The notes: generated by a model from the sequence alone, not told the origin. A stretch of DNA of 64,000 nucleotides from Nitrospirota bacterium (GCA_963751455.1 CAVVUN010000015.1:192001-256000); one strand, 5' to 3'. Positions 26,081-35,923 are shown, numbered from the stretch's first letter. Translations and numbers: made by a program.

Positions 26081-27129
26081 ATGTCCCGCCCCCTTCGTAT
26101 TGAATATGCCGGTGCTGTCTACCATGTAACCTCCCGCGGAAACGAAAAGAAACCCGTCTTCAGGTCAGATCAGGACCGCGAAAACTTTCTCAACACCCTT
26201 CAGCACGTTAACAAGCGCTACAACTGGATCTGTCACACTTACTGTCTCATGACGAATCATTACCACCTTCTGATCGAGACGCCAGATGGCAACCTGTCCC
26301 TTGGAATGCGCCAACTGAACGGGGTCTACACGCAGCTCTTTAACAAGCTGCATGGAAGGACCGGCCACCTGTTTCAAGGCAGGTTCAAGGCCATCCTGAT
26401 CCAGAAAGATGGAAGCTCCCTGAACCGGCATGGAGCTTCGATTCACAATGTGAAATACGATCGTATTCGCTCACTCCGTTCACTCCAGAATTCTCATCTC
26501 CTCGAAGTCTGCCGGTATACGGTCCTCAATCCAGTCAGGGCAAAAAAGGTGCAAAGACCCGAAGACTGGGCATGGTCCAGTTGCCTGGCAACAGCAGGGA
26601 AAGCGAAGCCCCATGCCTGCCTGACCACGGACTGGGTTCTCGGTCAGTTTGGCGGGAAAAGGAGTAAGGCGGAGAAAGAGTATCGCAAGTTGGTTCACCC
26701 CGTTAGAGAAAGCCACCGATTTGTATCAGCGGTTATTATCTTATAGTTACAGTATTGTTAAAGCTATTATCTGCTAACGATAACTTGTTGTTCTCTAACG
26801 GGGTAAAGTGGGGAATCGGAAAGAAGACGATCTGGACCGAGGTTCGGGGACAGACGCTTTTGGGCGAGGATGACTTCATTGATAAGCTTGTCGATCACCT
26901 CAAGAAACACAAGAACATCCCCGATATCCCGAGGAGCCAGCGGTTCGCGACAAGACCTTCTCTTGAAAAGATCTTTCCGGAGAGCGTCACGAGCAACAAG
27001 CGCAAACGGGATATGAAGATCGCTGAAGCCGTTCAAAAGCACGGGTATATGCAGAGTGAAGTTGCCAGGCATCTGGGGTTGCATTATGGGACGATAAGCA
27101 GGCTGGTTCGGACCGTTAAGAAGGAGTAA
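26081..27129 (+). pseudogene. RAYT copy 4, interrupted by a MITE
   Basis: Full HUH N-terminus; 81-bp insert at 26411-26491; MITE at 26697-26804; WSSC where the other copies have SSY. Confidence 0.9.
26697..26804. mobile_element. 108-bp MITE with terminal inverted repeats
   Basis: ACCCCGTTAGAGAA ... TTCTCTAACGGGGT; absent from the matching position in RAYT copies 2 and 3. Confidence 0.85.
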
Positions 27130-27252
27130 CATTTCGAGTGCGGATTGCGGAATTAAAAGCCTGCATGCCTGGCAATGTAATCAGACTTCGAGAAGCAGTT
27201 GAATGTTAGAAGTAAGAGGGGGGGGTGAGGCGATGCTATCGGGGAAAAGGGT

Positions 27253-27618
27253 TCAGTCTATCGGCAGGGGGCACCGCCTGATGCGGGTTTTATCCACAAC
27301 GGTTATCGCGTGTTCGAGTTTCTCTTCGGTTTGCCGTTCAAGTACACGTTGGAGCAGAGAAAGCATCTCCTGCTCGCTGTAGTTCCCGCCCCGAAATAGT
27401 ATGATCCCCGGATCAGCGGCATGGCTTCGGGCGAGAAGTTGAGGAAAATCGAGGTCAGCAGTAATGATGATGCGACTTTGTTTTCTTGCGATTTCGGCGA
27501 TGTCTTTATCCTTTGCTTTATGGAGACCTATTTCCGAGGCATGAACCGCATCATGGCCCTCTTGCTTGAGCCATGCGGAAAGTTGAGGAGAGACAGGCAT
27601 GTCAACGAGGAAGTTCAT
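27253..27618 (-). CDS. DUF5615 PIN-like toxin (VapC45-like)
   Basis: FLVDMPVSP..GHDAVH..D..I..RIIITADLDF. Confidence 0.88.
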   Translation of the reverse strand: MNFLVDMPVSPQLSAWLKQEGHDAVHASEIGLHKAKDKDIAEIARKQSRIIITADLDFPQLLARSHAADPGIILFRGGNYSEQEMLSLLQRVLERQTEEKLEHAITVVDKTRIRRCPLPID

Positions 27619-27836
27619 GCGAACTCCACTATCTCCTCGTTGGCGAACGCGGCTGCATACGCTAGTGATTCATCAATGTCCTCAGGTTCGAGATAGGGGT
27701 AGGCTTTCAGGATGGACTCCTTGGTTTCACCGGCCGAAAGCAGTCCAAGGATCCGGGACACAGGGAACCTCAATCCTCTTATGCAGGGTTTGCCAAAAAA
27801 CACTTCAGAGTCAACCGTTATTCTTTTAAACTTCAT
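27615..27836 (-). CDS. DUF433 antitoxin (VapB45-like)
   Basis: RITVD..FGKPCIRGLR.PV..IL..YPYLE.EDI...L.YAA. Confidence 0.9.
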   Translation of the reverse strand: MKFKRITVDSEVFFGKPCIRGLRFPVSRILGLLSAGETKESILKAYPYLEPEDIDESLAYAAAFANEEIVEFA

Positions 27837-28024
27837 GGTATTCTCCTTTTGCTCCAGCGCATTAATAATAAGTTAACAAAGAATGGCTTTATTTGCAAAT
27901 GAAAAAGCGCGGACCTTAAAACCCAAAAAAGTGGCCGCGCGCGGAAACGATCTTAAGCCCTTGGTCCGATCTCATCCCGAAGGATTTTTTGCGGAAGATC
28001 TCCATTGCCTGGAATGCGGAATTG

Positions 28025-28135
28025 GGAAGACATTGAAGCCTTGTTGAGGTTGAAGGGCTACGACGTTGTGAGCGCTCACGAAGTCCAGAAACAAAGCCTT
28101 TTAGATCATCAGCAACTGACCTTTGCTGTTTCTCA
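28025..28135 (+). pseudogene. fragment of a second DUF5615 PIN-like gene
   Basis: LLRLKGYDVVSAHEV....LLDHQQLTFA resembles the DUF5615 N-terminal half. Confidence 0.4.
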
Positions 28136-28140
28136 CTCTC

Positions 28141-28815
28141 TTACGTCCTTCCTGATTTTATCTTCACGAAATCGTCAATCTCCTTTATTTCATCAGGGGA
28201 AATCCTGTTGAACTTCATACCGTACTGCTTCATACCCGGTTGTTCCCCATCGGTCATGCGCACGATTTCACCGGGGAGCGAGACCTGCTTGTTGCCCGGA
28301 AGGAAGAACGAGCACTGCAGCCTGACTCCAAGAGCAAGATCTCGGTCTGTTTCGAGCAGCAGGCCGGCTGCGCTGATGTTTTTCAATCTGCAGAAAAAAG
28401 GCCGTTCAGTGCTGCCTTCGAATGCGGCGCTGATAAGGACTTTGTAGGTTCCGCGCAATGGAGTGCTCAGGAAAAAACGTGCTTTTTCGAACAGGAGTGT
28501 TCTGTTCACCGGCAGGGTCATGATCACATTCGGCCGACATTGTTCAGCGCGCAGCTTTTCGTCCGTCAGGTCATTGCAGAAGAGGATCAGTGAAACCTCC
28601 CGGAGCGCGGCGTCATTCCTGATCTCGGCAAACAAACGCTCACTCTGCATGCCGGGCGCATCCAGCCGGGATATGATGACGTTTACATTTTCCGCTCGGT
28701 GCAGGGAAAGCAGTTCATCATTCGTCCCAGCAACAAACAATTGCAGGTCCGGTTGCTGCCTCACCCACGCGTCCAGCATGGTTTCGAGTGTTTTATCGAC
28801 CAGGATCTTTTTCAT
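28141..28815 (-). CDS. degenerate receiver domain plus PilZ domain protein
   Basis: MKKILVD..; C-terminal NISAAGLLLE, GEIVR, YGMKF. Confidence 0.75.
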   Translation of the reverse strand: MKKILVDKTLETMLDAWVRQQPDLQLFVAGTNDELLSLHRAENVNVIISRLDAPGMQSERLFAEIRNDAALREVSLILFCNDLTDEKLRAEQCRPNVIMTLPVNRTLLFEKARFFLSTPLRGTYKVLISAAFEGSTERPFFCRLKNISAAGLLLETDRDLALGVRLQCSFFLPGNKQVSLPGEIVRMTDGEQPGMKQYGMKFNRISPDEIKEIDDFVKIKSGRT

Positions 28816-28948
28816 GGCTTTTCCCAGCGCTCTTGAACGGAATTAGTATAGCATATCGGATATATTTCCGAAAGCAGATCGTGCGAATTGTTGCAGACGG
28901 CAACCGCACGTGGTATAATCGTTGGAAATAAAGTTCAGGAGAGAATCT

Positions 28949-29836
28949 ATGAGACTGGTGACGCGGGGGGACCTTGACGGCCTGGTGGCAGCTGTTCTGA
29001 TCACCACGATGGAGCAGGTCCACGAGGTGGAGTTGCTTCATCCCCAGGAAATTACGGACGGCAAGTTCGACATCAGGGAGGACGATATCCTTTCCAATCT
29101 GCCGTATCATCCTGCCTGTGGGATGTGGTTCGATCACCATGAACTCACCGAGAGCAACAGGAAGCCGCCCGAGACTTTCCGCGGTAAGCACGCTCTCCTG
29201 CCGAGCGTGGCCCGTGTGGTGTACGATTACTACGCATCCGAAAAGCTTTCGCGCTATGAACCACTCGTAGCCGAGACTGACCGGTTCGACTCCGCGCAGC
29301 TTTCGGTCCAGGATATTTCGGACCCGCAGGGCGCAATTCTCCTCGGCTTCGCAATCGATCCGCGGACCGGGCTTGGATTCAACAAAAGCTTGTTCAGAGA
29401 ACTCATAGAACTGCTGAAGACCGCGGACATGGACAAGGTCCTGGCAATGCCCGAGATTGTGCGACGGGTCGCCCTCTGCAGGGAAAACGACCTGTTGGCC
29501 GTGCGGGCACTCCAAAGGTATTCCCGGATCGACGGCAATGTCATCATTACCGATTTCCGAAATGCCGCAAAACCGCCCGTGGGCAACCGCTTTCTGATCT
29601 ATCTCATTTACCCGCAGGGAAATGTATCGGTACGTGTTCAGTGGGGACCGCGGAAGGAAAACGTTGCTGTGACCCTGGGACACAGCATTATAAACCGGAC
29701 GTGCACGACCCATATCGGCCACCTCTGCAGCGACTACGGAGGAGGCGGGCATCGCGGGGCAGGCGCCTGCACCTTGACACTTAAAGAGGCTGACCGGAGC
29801 ATCAGCGACATCGTGCGGATATTAAAGGAAGGATGA
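28949..29836 (+). CDS. DHH/DHHA1-like phosphoesterase
   Basis: RLVTRGDLDG, WFDHH, GGGH; RBS AGGAG before 28949. Confidence 0.88.
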   Translation: MRLVTRGDLDGLVAAVLITTMEQVHEVELLHPQEITDGKFDIREDDILSNLPYHPACGMWFDHHELTESNRKPPETFRGKHALLPSVARVVYDYYASEKLSRYEPLVAETDRFDSAQLSVQDISDPQGAILLGFAIDPRTGLGFNKSLFRELIELLKTADMDKVLAMPEIVRRVALCRENDLLAVRALQRYSRIDGNVIITDFRNAAKPPVGNRFLIYLIYPQGNVSVRVQWGPRKENVAVTLGHSIINRTCTTHIGHLCSDYGGGGHRGAGACTLTLKEADRSISDIVRILKEG

Positions 29837-29948
29837 AAGGACGATCAGATAGCGGCTCATTTGAATTTGCATTATTCAACGATCAGCAATCTGATTAGAG
29901 GGAAGCGTACACCAGACCTGACACTTATGGCGCTTCGGGGGTGGAAAA

Positions 29949-30023
29949 ATGAACGCAGTGCTCGATGCGATCAAGAAGAGACGCGCTATCCGGGCCTATG
30001 AGGCAAAGCCGGTACCCCGTTAA
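29949..30023 (+). pseudogene. nitroreductase N-terminal fragment
   Basis: MNAVLDAIKKRRAIRAYEAKPVP, then a stop inside ACCCCGTTAAAG (MITE-end-like). Confidence 0.6.
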
Positions 30024-30526
30024 AGATCCCGTCTTTGTTCAAATCGTCTGCAACAGCCACATAGACTGTGCTCGCCGTATTGACGCCGAAGTTCTGCGCC
30101 CCGATAATTGCCGACAGCAACGGCTTATGTGATGACAAGGACCTTCAGGCCCTCGGGATCGCTTCCAATATCGAGAAGGCGGATTTTTTCATCAATGGTC
30201 CGATCGATTTTACAGGAATTCCGGTCGTCCACTAATAATAAGATCCCGTTAGAGAAAGAATCCTCTAGCGGGATCCTCCGCTTGATCGTTGATCCCTGAG
30301 TGCCTGTCATGCCGCTTGCTCCGCCGCCCGTTTGTCCGCCACCGCCCGCAGTGCTTCCTGCCGTACCCTCGGTTCCGCCTCCGGGTTGACCGGCCCCGCC
30401 CGTCATATCTTGTGCTGTTTCCTTTTCGGTTAATCTCTCCACCAATCGGCAAGCAGGAGATTGCGACCTGTCTCGAGCTTCACTATTCATCTATCAGCAT
30501 GATCTTTAAGTGACGGGTAGTGTTAA

Positions 30527-32044
30527 CCTTGTAGTTGCATAAACATTTCTTGAAAATATGCAGAAACCTCTGGAAACAGGCTTCATTATTGGATATAGTG
30601 CTCCTGCGATATCATTATTTCACTCAAGCAGGAGGCCACTGAAAGTGAAGTCCAGTAAAGCACAGGTTCTAAGCCGCGTTCACAAAATACCGGAACTGAA
30701 GTTCGAGGATCAACAGCTCACTTCCTACGCGGGCCTTGCTATCATTCAGGCATTCTTCACGAAGCTGAATCTGAAAGCCCGCTTGAAAAGCTGCTTTGAT
30801 CATCTACCGTCGAGCGCCATCTTCGGCAATCACGTCATTACGCTCGTGCTGATCGTGCATCTGATGCTGGGTTATCGGAAACTCCGCGACATCGAATACT
30901 ATCAGGACGACCTTATGGCGCTTCGTCTTCTGGGCCTCCGAAAAATGCCGGACGTTTCCACGATCAGCCGGGCATTGATGACGGTCGACGCAAAGGACAT
31001 TTTGAATCTTCGTCGGTTCTGCCGGGAAATGTCGCTCTCCCGCATACAGGGTTTGAAGCTTCGTCGCGTGACGCTTGATTTCGACGGCTCTGTGCTCTCG
31101 ACCTCCCGATGGGCTGAGGGTGCCGCCGTAGGCTTCAACAAAAAGAAAAAAGGGCAGAGAAGCTATTATCCGCTTTTCTGCATGATCGCTCAGTTGGGCA
31201 TGGTCCTTGACGTCCTGCCCCGTTCGGGTAACGTACATGATTCCAACGGCGCCCGGGCGTTCATCCTTGCGTGCATCGAACAGGTGCGTGCAACCTGTTC
31301 GGATATCGTCATCGAAGTGCGCATGGACAGCGCTTTCTTCAGCGATGAAATCGTCGGCGCGCTGGAGCGCGACGGAATTGAGTTCACCATCTCGGTCCCC
31401 TTTGAGCGGTTCTCCGAACTCAAACACATGATCGAAGCCAAAAAACGCTGGAGGCGTTACGATTCCGTTGTTTCCTATTTCGACACACCCTGGAAGCCGA
31501 AAAGCTGGGACAGCCGGTTCCGCTTTCTTTTTATTCGTCAAAAAGCCAAAAAGCAGTCAAAAGAGCCGGTGCAGCTTGATATGTTCACGCCGCACGAATA
31601 CGGGTTTGACTTCAAGGTGATCGTTACAAACAAAACAACGACGGTGAAGAAAGTCCTGAACTTCCATCAGGGCCGCGGTTCTCAGGAAAACATCCTTGGA
31701 GAGCTAAAGTCCCAGTGCAATATGGATTACGTGGCTGTGAGAAGATTGCACGGAAATCAGCTATACATGATGTCGGCGATCATCTCGCACAATCTCCTGA
31801 AGGAACTTCACATGGTCGCGCATGAACCCGACCGGGGCACCACCGAAAAACGGGCCGCTCTTTGGGAGTTCACGGAGCCCAATACCCTGCGAAGAACACT
31901 TATACAGCGTGCCGGCCGCCTGACACAGCCCGGCGGCAAGCTAACTCTGACAATGAACGCCAATCCACGAGTCAAAAAGGGGTTGTTGCATTATCTCGAC
32001 CGATTGCAACGGGCCGCATAGCGATTTTTTATGCAACGTTAAGG
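30527..32044 (+). mobile_element. IS1380 family element, complete
   Basis: IRs CCTTgtaGTTGCATAAA / TTTATGCAACgttAAGG; TTAA target duplication at 30523-30526 and 32045-32048. Confidence 0.92.
30645..32021 (+). CDS. IS1380 family DDE transposase
   Basis: LTSYAGL, TLDFDGS, VRMDSAF, RGSQEN..GELK; GTG start after GGAGG. Confidence 0.9.
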   Translation: MKSSKAQVLSRVHKIPELKFEDQQLTSYAGLAIIQAFFTKLNLKARLKSCFDHLPSSAIFGNHVITLVLIVHLMLGYRKLRDIEYYQDDLMALRLLGLRKMPDVSTISRALMTVDAKDILNLRRFCREMSLSRIQGLKLRRVTLDFDGSVLSTSRWAEGAAVGFNKKKKGQRSYYPLFCMIAQLGMVLDVLPRSGNVHDSNGARAFILACIEQVRATCSDIVIEVRMDSAFFSDEIVGALERDGIEFTISVPFERFSELKHMIEAKKRWRRYDSVVSYFDTPWKPKSWDSRFRFLFIRQKAKKQSKEPVQLDMFTPHEYGFDFKVIVTNKTTTVKKVLNFHQGRGSQENILGELKSQCNMDYVAVRRLHGNQLYMMSAIISHNLLKELHMVAHEPDRGTTEKRAALWEFTEPNTLRRTLIQRAGRLTQPGGKLTLTMNANPRVKKGLLHYLDRLQRAA

Positions 32045-32243
32045 TTAAGCTGCAAGACGTACCCTCAAGGCCCTTTTGTGCTCTCCCAACCCATCCCGAA
32101 AATCTCTTGAAAATTTATTCATCATGTGCAATACTTTTTAGATTCAGGCAGAAAAAGTTGTAGAAAGTGGAGCATTACTTCTTACCCGGGAAAAGACGGC
32201 GTAATGCAGGAAAAAGAAGACTACCTAGTCAGGATGGGGATCC

Positions 32244-34826
32244 ATGCTGCCACACTGGCCTGAGGCCCCTTTTATCAGCCCGCTTGAGATCCACACATCT
32301 GCGGTAGCGCTGGTGATCGCTCTTCTCGGAATCATTGCACTGATCCGGGACCGGGGAAGCCGCGTGAGCGCGGCTTTTTTCGTGCTCGCACTATGCATGG
32401 CCGAATGGCTCTTCGCCTTCTCGCGGATGTACGGCGCAATTGACGAGCGTCAGGCGATCCAGTGGGCGAAGATCGGATATATCGGCATCAGTTGCCTGCC
32501 CGCAGCAGTCTACCACTTCTGCTCGCTGGTTCTCCAGGACCGTGAACGGCGGAGAAAGCCGGTACTGATCATCTGGGCGCTTTCGGCTCTCTTCATCATC
32601 CTCTCCACGACCACTGATCTGGTTATTTCTTCCCTCTACTACTACCGGTGGGGTATTTACCCGCGGCTGGGTCCGGCCGGCATCCCATTTCTCCTTTACT
32701 TCTTCGGCGTCATGGTTCTGGCGCTCCACAGGTACGTCGGGCGGCACCGCGCAATTGCTGAAGGCGCCCCGCGCAAGGACTCGGCTCAACTGCGGCGCTC
32801 GCGCATATTGTTGATAGCGTTTGGCATCGGCTATTTAGCGGCCTTCGATTTTGTGGCGGGGTTCGGCATTCCGTGGTACCCTTTCGGCTACTGCCCGATC
32901 TTTTTATTTGCGATGATAGGGGGCTACTCGATCTTGCGTTACCGGTTCACGCCGATTTCGCGCGCCTTTGCCGCCGGACAGATACTGGATACCATGAACG
33001 AGGCGCTTCTCGTACTCGACCAGGACAACATTGTGGTGCTGGTCAACCATGCGACCTGCAGTCTGTTCAACTGCCGTGAACGGGATTTAGTGGGGAAACG
33101 GCTGAGCAGCAGTATGGACGGTAACCGTTCATTTGCCGAAGTGCTCGAATCGGCGATCCGAAGCGGCCCTGTCCGGAACGTCGAGGTGGAATACCATGCC
33201 AGTGAAGACCGCACCTTCATGCTCAGCCTGTCCGTTTCGATCATGCGAAACCCCCTGGGTGAGCCGCTGGCTACCGTCTGCCTTCTGAACGACATTACCA
33301 GCTGCAAGCGTTCCGAGGAGTCTCTGCTGCTGTTCAGGAACCTGCTGAACGAGACGAATGACGCGATATTTGTGAACGATCCGGCCACAGGGCGTTTTCT
33401 TATGGTGAACAACAAGGCATGCAGCAATCTGGGATACACGGGCACGGAGCTGCTTTCCCTCAGAACAATCGACATTGAGACAAATTACCCGGACCAGCGC
33501 TCATGGAATGCCCACGTCGACGAAGTGAGAACCAGGGGATCCTTGACAGTTGACGGAGTGCACAAGCGCAATGACGGCACGCCGCTGCCCGTGGAAGTGA
33601 ATGTGACGTACATGACTTCCGGCGATAAGGATTACATGGTCGCTCTGGCCCGCGACATTACAGAGCGTAAATTGTCGGAGCGGGCGCTTCGAACGAGCGA
33701 GGAACGCCTGTCCAAAGCGCAGAGAATGGCCCACGTCGGGAACTGGGAATGGGACTTGGTCACGAATCAGCTCTGGTGGTCCGAGGAAGTGTACCGGATT
33801 TATGGGGTGGACCCGGCCCGCTTTGCTCCGACTTTTGAAGCGGTCGGGAACGCCATGCATCCTGACGATCTGCAGCCCTTTCTCGCGGCGGTGAACGCGG
33901 CCATCTACGAACGCAAACCCTTTGAGTTGGATTACCGGCTGATCCGTCCTGACAACTCTGTGCGGACGGTGCATACCATCGGGGAGGTAACCTATGACGC
34001 GTCCGGCAAACCGGTGAGCAAATCGGGCACGGTCCAGGATGTCTCCGAAGCCAAACGAGCCGAGGAGGAACGGGAGCAGCTCATTGCAAAGCTGCGCGAG
34101 GCGAACGAGAAACTGAAGTCGATCGATAACATGAAAACAAACTTTATCTCGATGGTTTCCCACGAGCTGCGCACGCCGCTTACGACCATAAAAGCGTTCG
34201 TGGAGCTGCTTATCATGAAGCAGCGCATGCCCGAAGAGCAGAAGTTCCAGCTGATGACCACCATCAATGTCGAGGCTGACCGCCTGTCGCGCCTCATAAC
34301 CGACCTGCTTAATCTGGCCAGGATTGAAGCAGGATCCATGAAATGGCAGATTGAGGAGATCTCCATTGAAGAACTGATCCAAAATGTGATCGCGAGTCTG
34401 GAGTTGCTGTTCGAAAACAAGCAACTGCACGTGACCACTGCATTCGGCTCACCGCTCCCTTGTCTCTCCGGCGACCGGGACCGCCTCGTTCAGGTCGTTA
34501 CCAATATCCTCTCAAACGCAGCCAAGTTCACGCCCGCAGGAGGCACGATCCATGTCGCGGTGCACCACGACCAGGGGCCGCCGGAGCAGATCGCTGTTGC
34601 GGTCTCGGATACGGGCATGGGCATACCCGCGCGCGAGCTTGAACTGATATTCGATAAATTCCGCAGGTCGGACGACAAAGCCGTTTCCGCCATCGAAGGC
34701 ACCGGCCTCGGTCTTGCCATAAGCCGCCAGATCGTGGAGCACCACTGCGGCATGATCTGGGCCGACAGTACGCATGGCAAAGGGAGCACTTTCACTTTCA
34801 CGCTGCCCGTTCGGGGCCCGGCGTAG
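32244..34826 (+). CDS. membrane sensor histidine kinase (7TM N-terminus, 3 PAS, HisKA, HATPase)
   Basis: Hydrophobic N-terminus; SHELRTPLT, NAAKFT, DTGMGI, GTGLGL. Confidence 0.95.
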   Translation: MLPHWPEAPFISPLEIHTSAVALVIALLGIIALIRDRGSRVSAAFFVLALCMAEWLFAFSRMYGAIDERQAIQWAKIGYIGISCLPAAVYHFCSLVLQDRERRRKPVLIIWALSALFIILSTTTDLVISSLYYYRWGIYPRLGPAGIPFLLYFFGVMVLALHRYVGRHRAIAEGAPRKDSAQLRRSRILLIAFGIGYLAAFDFVAGFGIPWYPFGYCPIFLFAMIGGYSILRYRFTPISRAFAAGQILDTMNEALLVLDQDNIVVLVNHATCSLFNCRERDLVGKRLSSSMDGNRSFAEVLESAIRSGPVRNVEVEYHASEDRTFMLSLSVSIMRNPLGEPLATVCLLNDITSCKRSEESLLLFRNLLNETNDAIFVNDPATGRFLMVNNKACSNLGYTGTELLSLRTIDIETNYPDQRSWNAHVDEVRTRGSLTVDGVHKRNDGTPLPVEVNVTYMTSGDKDYMVALARDITERKLSERALRTSEERLSKAQRMAHVGNWEWDLVTNQLWWSEEVYRIYGVDPARFAPTFEAVGNAMHPDDLQPFLAAVNAAIYERKPFELDYRLIRPDNSVRTVHTIGEVTYDASGKPVSKSGTVQDVSEAKRAEEEREQLIAKLREANEKLKSIDNMKTNFISMVSHELRTPLTTIKAFVELLIMKQRMPEEQKFQLMTTINVEADRLSRLITDLLNLARIEAGSMKWQIEEISIEELIQNVIASLELLFENKQLHVTTAFGSPLPCLSGDRDRLVQVVTNILSNAAKFTPAGGTIHVAVHHDQGPPEQIAVAVSDTGMGIPARELELIFDKFRRSDDKAVSAIEGTGLGLAISRQIVEHHCGMIWADSTHGKGSTFTFTLPVRGPA

Positions 34827-34890
34827 CTCTTTCAGGGATGACCCTTTGCCCCGCTCGAAGCAATTCGGGTTGTTCGGATGTTGCTATCTG

Positions 34891-35457
34891 CTACCGTCCC
34901 CCGGATCCGCCGCTCGATCCTCCCTGTGCAGTTCCAGCCGTGCCGGCTGTTCCAGCTCCGGATTGACCGGTTCCGCCAGCCGCGCTTCCTGCTGCGCCGA
35001 GCGATTCTGCAATGGCCAGCTCGATGCTGTTATGGGCATCATCCTCTATCCTGCTGACCGTTACAGCCACATCACTGACATTAATATTGTATCTATTCAC
35101 AAGGATGGCTGCTGCCTGGTCCCATTGAACCCCGCGTTCACGCAAGATTGTAACTTCATTGATGCTGTCGTTGCTCAATCCGCCCGGCAGGGTCTCGGCA
35201 AAGGCGAGGATCGCTGCTATATCTCCATATTTCATGTTCCTGACGATAAGAGACGTGATCGTGTCCGTCGTGATGTTAAAATCATCGAGCAGGCGGTTCG
35301 TGATGATCTTCTCAGCCTGGGGCAATTCCGATTCAATATTCAACATCGCAACATCTGCGCCGAGTTTATTGGCATCCGAGACCTGTGCAGCTGAAAGACC
35401 GGCCAGGAACAATACAAGGGCTGCAGTCATAAGTATCTGTAAAAAAGGCTTTTTCAT
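34891..35457 (-). CDS. exported hypothetical protein with a Gly/Ala/Thr-rich tail
   Basis: Signal peptide MKKPFLQ..SAA; RBS GGAGG. Confidence 0.8.
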   Translation of the reverse strand: MKKPFLQILMTAALVLFLAGLSAAQVSDANKLGADVAMLNIESELPQAEKIITNRLLDDFNITTDTITSLIVRNMKYGDIAAILAFAETLPGGLSNDSINEVTILRERGVQWDQAAAILVNRYNINVSDVAVTVSRIEDDAHNSIELAIAESLGAAGSAAGGTGQSGAGTAGTAGTAQGGSSGGSGGR

Positions 35458-35623
35458 AACCGTTTTCCTCCGCGAAAGAATATCGTCGGCTTTCTCGCAA
35501 TTAGCACATCAAATTATAATTAATATATCTATTATTATATTTAATTTTACCATGGCGCACTTTCATGCTATAGTTATACTCCTCGAATCATAGTTCTGCA
35601 TTCTTTACATAAAAGGCGCAATC

Positions 35624-35923
35624 ATGAAAAAACTTAACTGCTGGGAACATAATAAATGCGGCCTGGGACTTGCCAGCATAAAAAACGGTCAAACCTGCCC
35701 TGTGGTGCTGGAAACTAAACTGAACAAAGTTCACGATGGCCATAACGCAGGAAGAGCTTGCTGGGTGGTAGCAGGAACCTATTGCCGCGGCGAGATCCAG
35801 GGGACCTTTGCGAAGAAATATGCGAACTGTGAAAAGTGCGATTTTTATCAAAAGGTAAGGCAGGAGGAAGGTCCGAAATTCAAGTTGTCTATCGTCCTCC
35901 TTAATCAACTTAAGACCCCGTGA
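35624..35923 (+). CDS. small Cys-rich 'two-CW' domain protein
   Basis: NCWE..KCG, CP, GRACW.VAGTYC, CEKCDFY. Confidence 0.8.
   Translation: MKKLNCWEHNKCGLGLASIKNGQTCPVVLETKLNKVHDGHNAGRACWVVAGTYCRGEIQGTFAKKYANCEKCDFYQKVRQEEGPKFKLSIVLLNQLKTP

Noticed and set aside
19871-27836. Integron cassette array
   Set aside because: No tyrosine integrase in the window and no attC-like RYYYAAC..GTTRRRY sites recognised between the cargo genes.
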